A stretch of DNA of 64,000 nucleotides from Nemertoderma westbladi (taxonomy: Eukaryota > Animalia > Xenacoelomorpha), in assembly GCA_032718475.1 (NCBI GenBank), contig JAUCBJ010008744.1, positions 62,001-126,000 of the forward strand, given 5' to 3'. Numbering within the stretch: position 1 is the stretch's first letter; each line of letters starts with the position of its first letter. Position numbers and translations under genes: made by a program. The notes beneath the pieces were generated by a model. It did no database searches and was not told the origin of the DNA. It saw only the letters and a list, made by a program, of their open reading frames with translations. Positions 61,601 through 64,000 of the stretch are shown in pieces.

Positions 61601-63824
61601 AAGACGTTACCAGTGTCTATGTGAAGACATTCCCAGTGTCTATGGGAAGACGTTACCAGTGTCTATGTGAAGACGTTCCCAGTGTCTATGTGAAGACGTT
61701 CCCAGTGTATATGTGAAGACGTTCCCAGTGTCTATGTGAAGACGTTCCCAGTGTCTATGTGAAGACATTCCCAGTGTCTATGTGAAGACGTTACCAGTGT
61801 CTATGTGAAGACGTTCCCAGTGTCTATGTGAAGACGTTACCAGTGTCTATGTGAAGACGTTCCCAGTGGCTATGTGAAGACGTTCCCATTGTATATGTGA
61901 AGACGTTCCCAGTGTCTATGTGAAGACGTTCCCAGTGTCTATGTGAAGACGTTCCCAGTATCTATGTGAAGTCGTTACCAGTGTCTATGTGAAGACGTTC
62001 CCAGTGTCTATGTGAAGACATTCCCAGTGTCTATGTGAAGTCGTTACCAGTGTCTATGTGAAGACGTTCCCAGTGTCTATGTGAAGACGTTCCCAGTGTC
62101 TATGTGAAGACGTTCCCAGTGTCTATGTGAAGACGTTCCCAGTATCTATGTGAAGTCGTTACCAGTGTCTATGTGAAGACGTTCCCAGTGTCTATGTGAA
62201 GACGTTCCCAGTGTCTATGTGAAGACGTTCCCAGTGTCTATGTGAAGACGTTCCCAGTGTCTATGTGAAGACGTTCCCAGTGTCTATGTGAAGACGTTAC
62301 CAGTGTCTATGTGAAGACGTTCCCAGTGGCTATGTGAAGACGTTCCCATTGTATATGTGAAGACGTTCCCAGTGTCTATGTGAAGACGTTCCCAGTGTCT
62401 ATGTGAAGACATTCCCAGTGTCTATGTGAAGACGTTACCAGTGTCTATGTGAAGACGTTCCCAGTGTCTATGTGAAGACATTCCCAGTGTCTATGTGAAG
62501 ACGTTACCAGTGTCTATGTGAAGACGTTCCCAGTGTCTATGTGAAGACGTTCCCAGTGTCTATGTGAAGACATTCCCAGTGTCTATGTGAAGACGTTACC
62601 AGTGTCTATGTGAAGACGTTCCCAGTGTCTATGTGAAGACGTTCCCAGTGTCTATGTGAAGACGTTCCCAGTGTCTATGTGAAGTCGTTCCCAGTGTCTA
62701 TGTGAAGACGTTCCCAGTGTCTATGTGAAGTCGTTCCCAGTGTCTATGTGAAGACGTTCCCAGTGTCTATGTGAAGACGTTCCCAGTGGCTATGTGAAGA
62801 CGTTCCCAGTGTCTATGTGAAGACGTTCCCAGTGGCTATGTGAAGACGTTCCCATTGTATATGTGAAGACGTTCCCATTGTCTAAGTGAAGACGTTCCCA
62901 GTGTCTATGTGAAGACGTTCCCAGTGTCTATGTGAAGACGTTCATGGTGTCTATGTGAAGACTTCCCAGTGTCGATGTGAAGACGTTCCCAGTGTCTATG
63001 TGAAGACGTTACCAGTGTCTATGTGAAGACGTTCCCAGTGTCTATGTGAAGACATTCCCAGTGGCTATGTGAAGACGTTCCCATTGTATATGTGAAGACG
63101 TTCCCAGTGTCTATGTGAAGACGTTCATGGTGTCTATGTGAAGTCGTTCCCAGTGTCTATGTGAAAACGTTCATGGTGTCTATGTGAAGTCGTTCCCAGT
63201 GTCTATGTGAAGACGTTCCCAGTGGCTATGTGAAGACGTTCCCATTGTATATGTGAAGACGTTCCCAGTGTCTATGTGAAGACGTTCCCATTGTATATGT
63301 GAAGACGTTCCCAGTGTCGATGTGAAGACGTTCCCAGTGTCTATGTGAAGACGTTACCAGTGTCTATGTGAAGACATTCCCAGTGTCTATGTGAAGACGT
63401 TCCCAGTGGCTATGTGAAGACGTTCCCATTGTATATGTGAAGACGTTCCCAGTGTCTATGTGAAGACGTTCCCATTGTATATGTGAAGACGTTCCCAGTG
63501 TCGATGTGAAGACGTTCCCAGTGTCTATGTGAAGACGTTCATGGTGTCTATGTGAAGACGTTCCCAGTGTCGATGTGAAGACGTTCCCAGTGTCTATGTG
63601 AAGACGTTACCAGTGTCTATGTGAAGACGTTCCCAGTGTATATGTGAAGACGTTCCCAGTGTCGATGTGAAGACGTTCCCAGTGTCTATGTGAAGACGTT
63701 ACCAGTGTCTATGTGAAGACATTCCCAGTGTCTATGTGAAGACGTTCCCAGTGTCTATGTGAAGACGTTCCCAGTGTCTATGTGAAGACGTTACCAGTGT
63801 CTATGTGAAGACGTTCCCAGTGGC
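40699..63824. repeat. Satellite array of a 23-bp unit (GTGAAGACGTTCCCAGTGTCTAT), ~23 kb, ~1000 copies
   Basis: Period 23 throughout, with both ends inside the window. A small set of recurrent variants; no insertions of foreign sequence noticed. Confidence 0.99.
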
Positions 63825-64000
63825 AATGATGCTCTGATGACCATTATGCTCTCACGCTGGCAAGTAAATTATTTAATAAATTTCACAAGAATAGGACATT
63901 GTTAATGTAGTTAGATACCCAAGTGAGTTCACTGTTGCTGGTTGGTTACCTTTGGTATCCATAACAACAGCAGTTAAACTACATGTCAATAATCAAGTGG

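Noticed and set aside
1474-63824. Short-period arrays as CRISPR arrays
   Set aside because: Units are head-to-tail with no unique spacers, there are no cas genes, and the context is eukaryotic.

Overview
AT-rich, repeat-rich animal (probably bilaterian invertebrate) genomic DNA, not prokaryotic. There are three host genes, each with an uninterrupted coding region: a small secreted 3xLDLa protein (623-1123), IFT74 (minus strand, with two RFX X-boxes upstream) and TMEM145. Between them lies heavily nested mobile DNA: a decayed Penelope-like element; an RTE-like LINE containing a CR1/L2-type LINE 3' end with a 14-bp TSD; two related solo LTRs, each TG..CA with its own 5-bp TSD; a Gypsy gag relic; two copies of a Helentron/HINE-like element carrying CTCF-like motifs; and MITE-like pieces. 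Four tandem-repeat families are present: 32 bp, degenerate ~28-33 bp, 28 bp, and a ~23-kb array of a 23-bp unit filling the last third of the window. The most unusual item is at ~5.9-20.6 kb. A block of intronless, decayed orphan ORFs splits a minisatellite. Once the LINE and solo LTR are removed by their TSDs, it shows two diverged paralogues of a large protein I do not recognise, one running into CCHC zinc knuckles. It looks like the relic of an undescribed virus-like or mobile element. All calls are by eye; no database search was run.
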